Notes under the pieces: generated by a model
Databases searched by the model: none
The model's input: only the letters and a program-made list of their open reading frames with translations
Told to the model about the DNA's origin: nothing
Assembly (NCBI GenBank): GCA_951406725.2
Contig: OX597816.1
Location: 53,878,001 to 53,942,000 of the forward strand
Reading direction: 5' to 3'
Length of the DNA stretch: 64,000 nucleotides
Source of the DNA: Octopus vulgaris
Lineage: Eukaryota
Position numbers and translations under genes: made by a program
Shown: positions 11,811 to 25,086 of the stretch, piece by piece
Position numbering within the stretch: the first letter of the stretch is position 1
How the letters are laid out: each line of letters begins with the position of its first letter

Positions 11811-12636
11811 GACCATGTAGAAGAATATTTAAGAATTGAAATGGTTTATATAAAAATCTCATTGAAACTTAATAAAATAATTTTTGTTAGTAAATTTCTG
11901 TAAAATTTATTTAACTCTTTAGCATTTAAACTGGCCAAAATATTCCAGTTTTATGTTCAAATCTAGCCTCTCGCTAGACCATGTAGAAGAATATCTAAGA
12001 ATTGAAATGGTTTATATAAAAATCTCATTGAAACTTAATAAAATGATTTTTGTTAGTAAATTTCTGTAAAATTTATTTAACTCTTTAGCATTTAAACTGG
12101 CCAAAATATTCCAGTTTTATGTTCAAATCTAGCCTCTCACTAGACCATGTAGAAGAATACTTAAGAATTGAAATGGTTTATATAAAAATCTCATTGAAAC
12201 TTAATAAAATAATTTTTGTTAGTAAATTTCTGTAAAATTTATTTAACTCTTTAGCATTTAAACTGGCCAAAATATTCCATTTTTATGTTCAAATCTAGCC
12301 TCTCACTAGACCATGTAGAAGAATATCTAAGAATTGAAATGGTTTATATAAAAATCTCATTGAAACTTAATAAAATAATTTTTGTTAGTAAATTTCTGTA
12401 AAATTTATTTAACTCTTTAGCATTTAAACTGACCAAAATATTCCAGTTTTATGTTCAAATCTAGCCTCTCGCTAGACCATGTAGAAGAATATCTAAGAAT
12501 TGAAATGGTTTATATAAAAATCTCATTGAAACTTAATAAAATAATTTTTGTTAGTAAATTTCTGTAAAATTTATTTAACTCTTTAGCATTTAAACTGGCC
12601 AAAATATTCCAGTTTTATGTTCAAATCTAGCCTCTC
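11811..12636. repeat. Tandem repeat, 5 x 166 bp
   Basis: Unit starts (gaccatgtagaag) at 11811, 11977, 12143, 12309 and 12475. Confidence 0.97.
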
Positions 12637-12976
12637 TCGCACCAACAATATCATTCTAAAACTTACCCACATCAAAATCTCAAAGCTACAAGATAATGTA
12701 GATTAATTGAAAACAATGAATATAAATAAGCATTACTTTTGATAGAATATTGTGAATGCGAAAAGGGTTCAAATCTAAATCATTTCAAGTGTTTTAAATT
12801 TCTACCATAAATCTTAATAACCAACATCATTTAACTCTTCTCCCTTTCCTCCTCCTCCTCCCCCCTCTGTCATTTTGCTTCCTCCTTTCCCTCCTTCACC
12901 TCCCACTAACACATAATGAGGCAGCTTAGCTTGTTAAACAGCAAGTGTGTGTGTGTGTGTGTGTGTATACACATGC

Positions 12977-13012
<36 letters not shown>

Positions 13013-14845
13013 TGTCAGACAGACAGTCAGCAAGCTATGACTGATGGCAGAGCAAGGCAAATGAGTACAGTATAGAGGCTACAGTAAGAGAGAGAGAGAG
13101 AGAGAGAGAGGCTGGCTGCTTGCTTCAATGGCTGTCTGGTTGGCTGTGTGTGTGTGTGGTTGTTGCAGTTCAACTAGAGTCCAAATCAGATGAACTTTTG
13201 ACACTGTCTTCAATACTGGGAAGAAAGAAAAGAAAAAAAAGGGGAAATAAAAATGTTGCACAGTGTTTTTAGTTGACCTATTGACCTTGTCTGGAATAGA
13301 ACCTGCTTCCTCCTACCTCACATACTTGTGTTTTTTGTTTATTCTTTGAAGAGGAATACATTTTTCTATTTTGGTAAAGTGGCTTTTCTTCTCTCCAAGT
13401 CTCTCTCTCTGCTGCTTTAATTAGGGGCCCCCCGACTTCTTAATCTTTAATTGGATTATTTCAGAATTATTTTTACTGTTAAAGCTGTCCCTTTCTTCCA
13501 TCTAAATTCCATAAAACCCTTTGTTTATAGTTGCTGGCAGCAGAAGGGTTTAATAAGGATTTGGGAAATAATGTTCTGTGGTGTGGAGAAAATCAATCTC
13601 TCTGTACTTGGAGCAAATAATGTTGGACTGACCATTGTTTGGGAATAGATTATAGTGGTACAACCATGGGCAGGGGGAGGGGATACTAGTAACTCTCCTT
13701 CCCCACTGTGTTTTTTTTTTTTCCTTTTATAACTTTTGCACATCTTTGGACTGTGACCATGCTGGGGCAGGGATTAGTTGAACAAATCGGCCTCAGTACT
13801 TTTTATAAAATCTGTTACTTATTCTATTAGTCCTCTTTTGCTAGACTGCTAAGTTATGAGGGTGTAAGTAAACAAACATGTTTATATATATATATATATA
13901 TATAGGCGCAGGAGTGGCTGTGTGGTAAGTAGCTTGCTAACCAACCACATGGTTCCGGGTTCAGTCCCACTGCGTGGCATCTTGGGCAAGTGTTTTCTAC
14001 TATAGCCCCGGGCTGACCAATGCCTTGTGAGTGGATTTGGTAGACGGAAACTGAAAGAAGCCTGTCGTGTATATATATATATATATGTGTATGTCTGTGT
14101 TTGTGCATCTGTGTTTGTCCCTCTGGCATTGCTTGACAGCCGATGCTGGTGTGTTTGCGTCCCCGTCACTTAGCGGTTCGGCAAAAGAGACCGATAGAAT
14201 GAGTACTGGGCTTACAAAGAATGAGTCTCGGGGTCAATTTGCTCAACTGTATGCGGTGCTCCAGCATGGCCGTAGTCAAATGACTGAAACAAGTAAAAGA
14301 GTATATATATATGTGTGTGTGTGTGTGTTTTTATGATCAGTTATAATAACAATTTTACATTAATCTGATGGGTTACTCCATAATACCTGCTAAGACACAC
14401 ACACACACATACATATATATTGGAGCCTGGTGCAGTCTTGATGATAGAGGAGAAAATCTGACCTCGGCAGAATTTGAACTTGGAACGTAGCAGCAGATGA
14501 AATACTGCTAAGCATTTCGCCCGGCGTGCTAAAGTTTCTGTCACACATATATATGTGTGTGTACACACACTCACACATCAAGCTTCTCCACAGTTTGTTT
14601 TCCAAATCTGCTCCTGGGCCATCAGTTGGCCTGGGGCTTAAGTAGAAGACTAAAGCCACCATGTAGTGGGACTGAACTTGAAACCTCATGACTGCCAAGC
14701 TAACTCCTTAACTACATAGTCATACCTGTGCCCAACCCTTAATAAACTTCCACTGGCACCTTGGGCAAGTGTCTTCTACTATAGCCTCAGGCCGACCAAA
14801 GCCTTGTCAGTAGATTTGGTAGACGGAAACTGAAAGAAGCCCGTC

Positions 14846-14891
<46 letters not shown>

Positions 14892-16084
14892 ATGTTCGTG
14901 TGTCTGTGTTTGTCCCCCTAGCATTGCTTGACAACCGATGCTGGTGTATTTACGTCCCCGTTACTTAGCGGTTCGGCAAAAGAGACCGATAGAATAAGTA
15001 CCTGGCTTACAAAAGAATAAGTCCCGGGGTCAAGTTGCTCGATTAAAGGCGGTGCTCCAGCATGGCCACAGTCAAATGACTGAAACAAGTAAAAGAGTAA
15101 AGAGTAATTAAAATGAACTATTTGCCACATGTTTTAATAAATTTGAAGTTTTCTAAATTATTTCAACATCAGTGTTACGTTGACCATTTCTCTCTTTCTC
15201 CTCTTCAATTTATTATTAATTAGGGTGTCTATTGAAATGAGACACTGATCAGTGTGTACATCAGTGACTAATGTGACTGATTTGACTGGTGTGATTGGGG
15301 GAATGTAGTTAACCGTTTAACATTCCGATCACTCTGTCAAATGTGATGCCTATTTATTCAGATTTTCCCTCTCTCTCTTTCGGAGAGGCACTGAGCAGCT
15401 ATACGCACACATACACACATGACAGTAACTTCCACCTACTGAATTCAATCACAAACCTTCGGTTGGCTCGGGGCTATAGTAGAAGACACCTACCCAAAGT
15501 GCCACGCAGTGGGACTGAACCCGAAACCATGTAGCTAGGAAGCAAGCTTCCTAACCACACAGCCATGCCTAATTCAGACATTAGCTCATAGCATTGAGAT
15601 TTCAATGATGTGATTGTTAATTTTTAGAATAACATTGTAGGGTAGGTGTGAGAGATCGGATCTGGCCAGTGTGAACATAAGACCAGTAAAATATTTGGGC
15701 CAGATAGGCCACTTTATTAAATGCTAAAAAGGTTACAATCAGAGGTTGGGGGAGGGAACAGAATTGACTGTGGGAGGATGGGGTAGAGGTAGATAACTGG
15801 AGGAAAATGAGAAAATAGTTTGTGTTAGGGGACAGGATTCAGTGGAGCAGTGATTGTTGTAGTAAGGGTAGGAGGAGCAGGTTCGGTTGAAGGGAATTAA
15901 ATGACTTTATTTTCGATATTGTTAAATATATCTGTGGTTGTAGTGTCAGATCTGTGAGGGTTGTTATAGTAGTAGTAGTAGTAATGATGGTGTCACATAG
16001 CTGTGTGTGTCGCAGTAGTGTCACAGATGTGTTGCAGTGGTGTCAACATTTCTATGATTGTCCAGTTCAGTTGTCAACCATCTT

Positions 16085-16505
16085 AAGTTAGGTTAATTTT
16101 TTGGCTCAAAAAGCAACGCCATGTAGGGGGACATGGAGCTATGTACAGGGTGGTGTTCATGCAAAGAGTTCAGGCCATTTGTGGTCAAGGGAGACTTTGA
16201 ACTGAGCGGTCGTCGGCGTCTTCACTATCTCGTCCGGCAGCTTATTCCATGGATCTGCAACCCGGACGGAGAAAGCCCCTCTCCTTCGATTGAGATGAAA
16301 TTGTCGCTAATTGAGCTTTACAGAGTGACCCCGCAGCCGACGCTCTGGAGCAGGAGTGAAGAACAGCTCTTTCGAGAGGTTACACTTTCCACTTATGATG
16401 TTGTGAGCAAGAATGAGATCACCACGGCGGCGTCGTTTTTCTAGAGAATAAAGGTCGAGCGTCTTCGGCCTTTCTTCATAAGACAAATGCTTAAGACCAA
16501 GAAGC
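16085..16505 (-). mobile_element. CR1-clade LINE 3' fragment; a related 3' end lies at about 28460-28655 on +
   Basis: LKHLSYEERPKTLDLYSLEKRRRRGDLILAHNII...RLRGHSVKL is typical of the CR1 ORF2 C-terminus. Confidence 0.85.
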
Positions 16506-19104
16506 ATTACAGTTTGGTTGAAGTATTTTCTGGTTCTGAAAAAGAAGTCTTTAAGAGGTCAGGGGTGGTGGTGGTGTGGAGAGTAGTGACAGACAGGGTT
16601 AGGGAGGTGGTATTAAGCTATACAGTTGTGTCCCTCATATTTCGAGTTCAAATCTCAATAAGATAAAACATAGCCTTCTGAGCAAATTTGATAAAATACC
16701 AATTATGTCTTTGAGGTTTAATTTCACCGACACCCCCACGCACCCCTGATCTCTCTCACACACACACACATACCAAGTGAGGCCATACTGCTATGTTAAA
16801 AAGTAATTATATATTTGTGATGGAATTTGAAGGATCATTAAAATAAGTACCAGTTTCAACACTGGGGTGTGTGTGGGGGGGGGGTAGCGGGGGTCAATAT
16901 AATCAGCTAATACCTCCTCTCTCTAAAATTACTGGTCTTGGTTCTAAAATTTGAAAAGCAGTTGTTATTCCACTGAAGTGTAAAGGTTAAACGAAGCTAA
17001 CTTGTTAAGAAAGTAATTATATATTTGCGATGGAATTTGCAGGTTTTCTGTTCATGGACCTGGATATTGTTTAGGGTGTGTAGAGATTTGAGAAGGGGTG
17101 AGGGTTGGTATGATGGGTGAGGTTATGTCTGTTGGGAGATGTAACAACAAATACACCATGGAAGTAGGAGAGAGTTTGGTAGACAGCCCCAGGGTGATTG
17201 TTTCTCTTGTTGGTGATGATGGGAGGAACCTTTATAAGGAGAGATGCCACTAAAGAGATCCACTGATTCTGCTAATGGACAGAACTGGCCTGACTGCAGT
17301 AGATGGGATTAGTTGTTGTTTTTAGCCTAAGGCAACTCTGGTCGAGTTGATCTATAATCAGGGAAATTGACATTCTATCTGTGACCATCCTGTCTTTTAT
17401 TCAGACATAGTATCTCTTTCTCTTTTACTTGTTTCAGTCATTTGACTGCGGCCATGCTGAAGCACCACCTTTTGTCGAGCAAATCGACCCCAGGACTTAT
17501 TCCTTGTAAGCCCAGTACTTATTCTATCGGTCTCTTTTGCCGAACCGCTAAGTGACGGGGACGTTAACACACCCGCATCATTTGTCAAGCAATGCTAGGG
17601 GGACAAACACAGACACACAAACATATACACACATACATATATGCGACAGGCTTCTTTCAGTTTCCGTCTACCAAATCCACTCACAAGTCATTGGTCGGTC
17701 CGGGACTATAGCAGAAGACACTTGCCCAAGATGCCATGCAGTGGGACTGAACCCGGAACCATGTGGCTGGTAAGCAAGCTACTTACCACACAGCCACTCC
17801 TACGCCTATATCTAAAAATATATAACTTTTATTTTAAAAAAAAAAGACTAATTTGAGGGAAATTTGTTGGAGTGGAATTTTTTTTGCAACTGTTGTTGTC
17901 CGTCAGCTCCAGTGTATCTTGTCCTTATTGTTGTCACCGTCTCCCTACCACAGTGACTGCTATTAATGGTGACCCTATGATTGAAAACTGTTCATGTTGT
18001 CTCCGAGGCAGATGAAAGCTAAACTTTACTCTCACCAATATTCTTATAATTGTTAGTTTTGAAAACCATTGTATTTGTTGTAAAAACTAATGGAGATATG
18101 TGTAGCGATGGGGAACAAGTGTGCAGGAATATTGGAGACTTTGGCATTAGGAAGGACATCCAGCTATAGAAAACCATGCCAAATCAAACTGGAGTCTGGT
18201 GCAGTCTTTCAGCTTACCATCCCTGGTTAAACTGTCCGACCTATACCTATTTCTTTACTGCCTACAAGGGGCTAAACACAGAGAGGACAAACAAGGACAA
18301 ACAAACGGATTAAGTCGATTATATCGACCCAGTGCGTAACTGGTACTTAATTTATCGACCCCGAAAGGATGAAGGGCAAAGTCAACCTCGGCGGAATTTG
18401 AACTCAGAACGTAGCAGCAGACGAAATACGGCTACACATTTTGCCTGGCATGCTAACGATTCTGCCAGCTCGCCACCTTAATCCTATACCAGCATGGACA
18501 ACAAGTGTTAAATGATGATGATGATGATAAGAGAGAGGTTAGATATCATCAATGCCTAATGAGAGGTAACTGATAATTATGGTTGATGTTCAGGTGAAAA
18601 GACACCGTCTTTCATAACGAAATTCCTTTACAGAAGGTAACTGGAACAAATTGCAGAGAAAGACATGCTGACCAATATTGGTCTGTGTCTCTTGGCATAG
18701 AGCAAAGGGAATTTTCCAGTAGGTTGTTTGGTACAATAACTCACCAGCAGCAAAGATAAGAATCTATGACTAAAATTGATTCCAGTCCATTTAGAAACTG
18801 GGGGAATCCTTACAAACATTTATTGCGATTGGAAGTCACATTTTGTTCTAGGAAATGGTTCTCTGGCAATCTTTTGTCTGAAGTGAACCATTCCAAGCTG
18901 TATTTTGGGACAAATAAATACAGGATACAATGTCAGGTTATATCCTTAAGGTAGCAAACTGGCAGAATTGTAAGCAATATTTCTTATGACTCATACTCTG
19001 AGTTCAAATCGTGCCTGGGCTGACTTTAACTGCTATCCTTTTGGGGTCATTAAAATAAGTACCAGTTGAGCACTGGTGGGGGTGTCAACATAATCAACTA
19101 TCTG

Positions 19105-20540
19105 TACCAGATAGCCAGGATGGAGGCTGGATGACAGGTATACATAGCCAAGGGAGAATCAGAAAAGAAGTTTGCCAATGTCCAGTGACGTGAGGACCAT
19201 AGAACTGAAGTATTTCGGATTGCAAGACAGTGTATGAGAGAAAATTGTGATGTCACAGGAGAGAAATGTGTCCACATGGATGATGGTGCACTTGCTTTTA
19301 ATGATTCAGAAAAGAAAGAGGCTTGGAGAAGCCATTATGAAAGACTGCTGGACATGGAGAATGAAAGGGAGGAGGAGAGCCTGCCAAATGTTGACCCAGT
19401 AGAGGGATCAGCTATCCAAATAGACAGCAGCCTGGTAGATAAAGCAATTAAGGGTATAAAGTCAGGAAAAGCCCCTGGTCCATCAGAAATCACTGCTGAG
19501 ATGCTGGTGGTGTGGGATATGGTCAAGTCACCCATATTGTAAACCAAGTAGTTCATGAGGGAGTCATACCCAATGACTGGCATAGCAACACCCTAGTCAA
19601 CTGCGACAAAGGTAAAGGTGATGCTTTAGATAGAAATAACTACTGAGGTATCAAACTACTGGATCAGGTGATGATGGTCATGGAGAGGGTCATAGCCAGA
19701 CTAATTAGGGAGAGAGTCTGCTTAGATGAGATGCAGTTTGCTTTTGTGCCAGGTAGAAGCACCACTGATGCAATATTCCTGGTAAGGCAACTGCCAGAGG
19801 AATACCTAGCCAAACATAAACCCTATACTTGGCTTTTGTTGACTTGGAGAACGCCTTTGACATGGTCCCCCAGTCCCTTATCTGGTGGGTGATGCGTAAA
19901 CTGAGGATTGATGAATGGTTAATAAGTACTGTACAGGTCCTGAATTCTGGGTAGAAATAGAGGTCAACCAAGGATCAGCCCCTTCATATTCATCATAGTC
20001 CTCCAGGCAGTAACAGAGGAATTCAAGACAGTTTGCCCCTGGGAGCTCCTCTATGCTGATGACCTGGCCCTCATAACAGAATCATTACCAGAATTAGAGA
20101 AGAAAATTCAGGTGTGGAAGCAAGGTTTAGAATCGAAGGGCCTTAGGAGTCAATGTTGCAAAGACCAAAGTTCTAGTAAGTAGGAAGTGAACACATCACA
20201 TACCCCTTCAGGTAGATGGCCCTGCTTGATCTGTAGAAAAGGTCTAGGTAGAAACTCCATAAGATGTACCCAGTGTAAGCTATGGACACATAAGAGGTGC
20301 AGCAACATCAAAGGGAGATTAACCGAGAAGATAGCTTTCGTGTGCAGCAGGTGCAAAGGGGCAATAAACACCACAGGTGCTCAGAAAACAGATTCCATCA
20401 CATACTAGGGGGGAAAACTAGTAGTAGTTGATAGCTTCTGCTACCTAGGGGACCAAATCTGTAATGGGGGTTGGGAGCTCAGAGAGCGTTGCCTCTAGAA
20501 TAAGAATAGCCTGGGCAAAGTTCAGAAAGCTCCTACCTCT
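19105..20540 (+). mobile_element. Decayed RTE LINE internal fragment (RT with embedded PHD-like zinc finger)
   Basis: KAPGPSEITAEML, QFAFVPGRSTTDAIF, ELLYADDL (20043-20066), CLIC..CTQC..H..C..CSRC, FCYLG. Confidence 0.9.
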
Positions 20541-22592
20541 AAACTTTCATCACCTGGTCCAGCAATTTGATGCTGCTAACTATTTCAAAGACATCACCTT
20601 TACCTTTGTAGCCATTGTTTATAATGCTGCCACACCAGTCATTGCATATGATGCCTTCTATCTCAGGGGAGGGGCTATTGACAGTTTTGTGGAGAATGAT
20701 ATGGGTAGTCAGATCCTGAGGGATCCGACTTGTATTGACAGCCCAGAGTGGCCTTCGCAGGTGGCTGCTCTGGTGCTGGAAAGAAAGTATGCAATCTTAT
20801 AATTGTGCTCGTGTGAAAACGAGAATTATAGAATTCTTGTTTGGAGCCCCGGATTGCAGTTGCAGGAATGCCTGCAAGTCACAAGAAAATTACTCGGGGA
20901 CAGATTGTAGTGGTTTATCACTTGTAATTTGTGTATAAATTATGTTTTGTATTTGTGTGGACTTTTGAGTCTAAATATATTGTATTTTAAATTGTAAGAG
21001 GGTCAATACCTCTGCATATGTGTTTTTAAAGAACAATGTTTTAAGAGAAGTAGAGGGTCGGTGGGCGCTTTCTGTCTTCTCCCATCCTTATCATTTTGTA
21101 TTATTATCATCATTCGCCTCATCAATGTCTTGTCCAGCCTGCAAAGCTACCCATCTCTGTACTGCCTCTATGGCAAATGAAATGAATAAAAGTAGCTTGC
21201 TTACCAACCACATGGTTTTGGGTTCAGTCCCACTGTGTGGGCACCTTGGGCAAGTGTCTTCTACTATAGCCTCGGGTTGAGCAAAGCCTTGTGAATGGAT
21301 TTGGTAGACGGAAACTGAAAGAAGCCCGTCGTATATATGTGTATGTATATGTATGTATGTATGTGTATATGTTTGTGTGTCTGTCTTTGCCCCCCCCCCC
21401 CCCCCAATATCGCTTGACGGCCAGTGCTGGTGTGTTTATGTCCCCGTAACTTACCTTCCTTCTCCATGTTATTGTTCGTCTCTGTGTTGTGCTTTCTTTG
21501 CCAGGAAAGGTTTTGGATGACAATAATGAAGAAAAGATGTTCTGTGCCTTTTCCTTGTGAGAACATAATGACTTGCTATTCCACCCCTCCACCCAATACA
21601 TAACTAAAAAAAAATAATACACATTCATAATTCATTTACATTTCCAATGTCATGGGTGTTTGCTATGCATTTTTGTTTGATGATTGTCAGTGGAATTAAT
21701 ATAAGCAAGAAGTATTTGAGGAAGACAGAAGAAAGATTTCTGATCGTGGTGATGAGGGGAGGGGTAATGGATGGGAGTGTCATAAGCAAGCTATTAAGTA
21801 ACTATTATGAGACAGGGAAAAATATTGGTATTAAAAACTTTCATAACAAGATGAGAGAAACATTGGTTGCTCAGTCAGTTAGAGGTCTGTGTCTAACATC
21901 TGTTCAGTTAAAACTCTCAGGAGCACAATGCTTGCTGCAAAATCTTTAGAGGTTGCATGTGAGGGAAAGGCAAAAATATAAAGTGAAGAGGAGCTACAGA
22001 AGCACATTAAATTAAGAGCAATACAATAGTGCAATTGTAAATCCACAAAGTAGAATGGAGGATGAAGTGATATATACTAAAGCTAGGAAGAAGAAATGTG
22101 TGTGTGTGTTGTCATGAAGCATAGAGCTTGTTTGAAAGTGAATTTCTTGTTATTGGACCAAGTTCAGAAACACATTAGAATAACAAACAGTTTTGAAACT
22201 ATGTGCAACTTCTCTACTTCACAGCCATCATCATTTAACGTCTACTGTCCATGGGTTGGACGAAACAGGTTTACAACACCTAGATTTCCCAAGCGGTCAC
22301 CCATCTGAGTATTAACCAGGTTTGGTGTTGCTTAACTTTGGTGATCAGACAGGAACCGGTGTTTTCATGGCATAAACCATGGAGGGAGTGTGTTGCCCCT
22401 TTGAGACAAGTAAAAGAGGACATGAAATTTCCTCCTGTTACGCCTTAAAGTGTATGGGGGAGGGAGGGAGGGGCGCATTTCAGTTGCTCCTCCTCAAAGT
22501 GTAGCAAAAGTCTGTATGTCTCTAAGATAGCTTCCTTTGTCGTCAAATAACACTGACATTAATTCTGTTATTTCATGTTTACTGTTTTGCAG

Positions 22593-22735
22593 CTCGTGAA
22601 GAAAATGTTTGTAAAGCTGATACAGTATTTCGTTCCATGTTGCTAGAGGAATCTTTGTTACCAGAATCTGAATCTACCAACACAGAACAGCATAACAGTC
22701 ATAAACCATCCACAATATTACGACTAGGACCAGCA
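22593..22735 (+). CDS. Exon of the same gene (REENVCKADTVFRSMLLEESLLPE...ILRLGPA), 143 nt, phase 1 to 0
   Basis: ttttgcag acceptor, gtaagt donor; phase matches the upstream exon. Confidence 0.8.
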
Positions 22736-22917
22736 GTAAGTTCTTTCTCAAAGTTATTTCAATCATTTCTAAACTTTATGATCAATGTCTGTACATTAAA
22801 GGGGCTGTGTGCTGGTGTGTGAGGAGGAGTCACATTCATGGATCAGTGTAGATTCTCTGAATTTGGTGACCTGTTGAATATGATAGGCTTCAGCTAATGC
22901 CTATTCATGTTGAGACC

Positions 22918-23525
22918 TTCGAACTTTAGGTCTCACCGAGGAAATAACTAGAGACCGAGACCTTTGGAAGTATGCTGTGCGTGAGAAGACCCGGCAGGAC
23001 AAGTGAGACCATAACCCGTGGCCTCTACATGGGATGTAGCGATGTAGCCAGTCCACTTATGCATACTTTTCCTTCTTGGGACACAAAACTCTACTTGGGA
23101 AGACCTGTTGAGACAAGTGAAAATCGAAATCGATCAACATCAATGAAAATTGCAGCTGTGATACCAGTGCCGGTGGTACGTAAGAGAACCATCCGAACGT
23201 GACCGTTGCCAGCGCCGCCCCGACTGGCTTCATGCCGGTGGCACGTCAAAAGCACCATCCGATCGTGGCTGTTGCCAGCCTCGTCTGGCCCCCGTGCCAG
23301 TGGCACGCCAAAAGCACCATCTGATCGTGGCCATTTGCCAGCCGCGTCTGGCACGTAAAAAGCACCCACTACACTCATGGAGTGGTTGGCATTAGGAAGG
23401 GCATCCAGCCGTAGAAACATTGCCAGATCAGACTGGGCCTGGTGCAGCCTTCTGGCTTCCCAGACCCCAGTTGAACCGTCCAACCCATGCTAGCATGGAA
23501 AGCGGACGCTAAACGATGATGATGA
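22918..23525 (+). mobile_element. 5'-truncated RTE LINE: ORF C-terminus, modular 3' UTR and (GAT)n tail
   Basis: Begins LRTLGLTEEITRDRDLWKYAVREKTRQDK*, followed by about 60-bp modules and the shared tail ending gatgatgatga. Confidence 0.8.
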
Positions 23526-24559
23526 CGTCTGCTGGGTTGGGGTGGGGGCAGCATTCTTGTTCTAATGAGATTCTGATATTCTGGCAAACATCTAGGCAGG
23601 ATGTCAATAGCAGGGAAGTGTTTGTTCCTTTCACACCTTAAAGATCCATCTAAGATTTGGGTAAAATATTTAGTCCCAGGTGCTGGTTAAGACATGAAAC
23701 CGTGACATGTCTGTGGCAGCAGAGGTTGAGCCTGGGATGACACTATACATGTCACTCTTGACTGGTGGCACAAAGATTGCTTCCTAACCACATGGTTGCT
23801 GCTTTAGTCTCACTTTGTGGCACCTTGAGCAAGTTCTTCTACTCTACCCAAACCTGATCAAAGCCTTGTGAATGGATTTGACCAACAGACACTGAAAGAA
23901 GCCCGTTTGTGTGTGTCTGTTTCCCACCACTACTTGATAACCAGTGTTTGTTTATTTATGTCCCTGTAACTTAGTGATTCGGCAAAAGAGACTGAATAGA
24001 ATAAGTCCTGGGGGTTGATTCATTTGACTAAAAATTCTTCAAGGCACTACCCCAGCAAGGCCACAATTTAACACTGAAACAAGTAAAAGATATATTAAAT
24101 CATCTTTCGAGTTTATTGTGGATATATTGGAAGTATCCACTGAGAATTGGGTTTACAGTAGATATGTATTTGCTATCAATCTACAAAAGACTACCAACCA
24201 TATGATAATTCTAAACCAATGTTGTAGCTGTAATGAAGGAACAACACTGTTTTATCTTGCTGTCTATAAAACACCTACAACAAAGCCTCTGTGTTAGAAA
24301 TCGTAGCCAAACTCTCTCTCAAATCTCATTCTACAATCTTGAAGGTGTCCATTGCATAATCAACTTAGAAACATTATAGCAAGAAAAAGCTCCCTCATGG
24401 CACCAGCAAACTGATTTCTTGATCCTGAATTGAAAAACTTATTTGCAGAACATTTTACCTATTTTAGGGTGAAATTTGATCCGTTATTATTTTGCCTGGA
24501 ACCCAGCAAACAGTGATGTTGGTCTTAACTTCACATAAATTTTCTCATGTTTATTTCAG

Positions 24560-24631
24560 CCTCCTGTTTACGTACGGCCAACACAGACCAAGCCAAGTTT
24601 ACTGGAAATCTACCTCTCCAGCGATTTATAG
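24560..24631 (+). CDS. Probable terminal coding exon (PPVYVRPTQTKPSLLEIYLSSDL*)
   Basis: ttatttcag acceptor; phase 0 reading ends in TAG; followed by AT-rich UTR-like DNA with AATAAA at 26351. Confidence 0.7.
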   Translation, partial: PPVYVRPTQTKPSLLEIYLSSDL

Positions 24632-25086
24632 CAGTAAACTTCTTCAATGTCACACTGTCGCACACGGAGGCTGTTGAAGTCCAACATTTACCAAATCCAT
24701 CAAATATAGAAAAAGCATTTTTTAACATCTTTCTTTATTTGAAATATTTCATTCATTCATTTTATGGAACAAAACTTTAATTAGTTGCAAGACCAACTTT
24801 TAGTTATCTAGAATTAATTTTCGTGTTGAGCATAATTAGAAAATTAATTTTCTTTGTTTGGGGATGGTTAGAGTGGCTCAAAGAAGACCAAGTAATTTAA
24901 ATGTGAATATTTAAAACATGGACAGTTATTTAACAGATAAACTGTCAGTTCATTTCTCTGTGTGCCAGAATAGTGAAGAAAGGTCACTGGCTCAGATGTG
25001 ACTTGCAAGTTTTATTGTATATCTGAGCAAGATTACTTAATTCCCTCAACACTCAATTTCTGTAATACTTGATGGTTTAAACCTTC

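Noticed and set aside
16793-17043. Approximately 40-bp direct repeat (tgttaa..aagtaattatatatttg.gatggaatttg) around a SINE fragment
   Set aside because: Most likely a small local duplication associated with an old insertion; no further structure seen.
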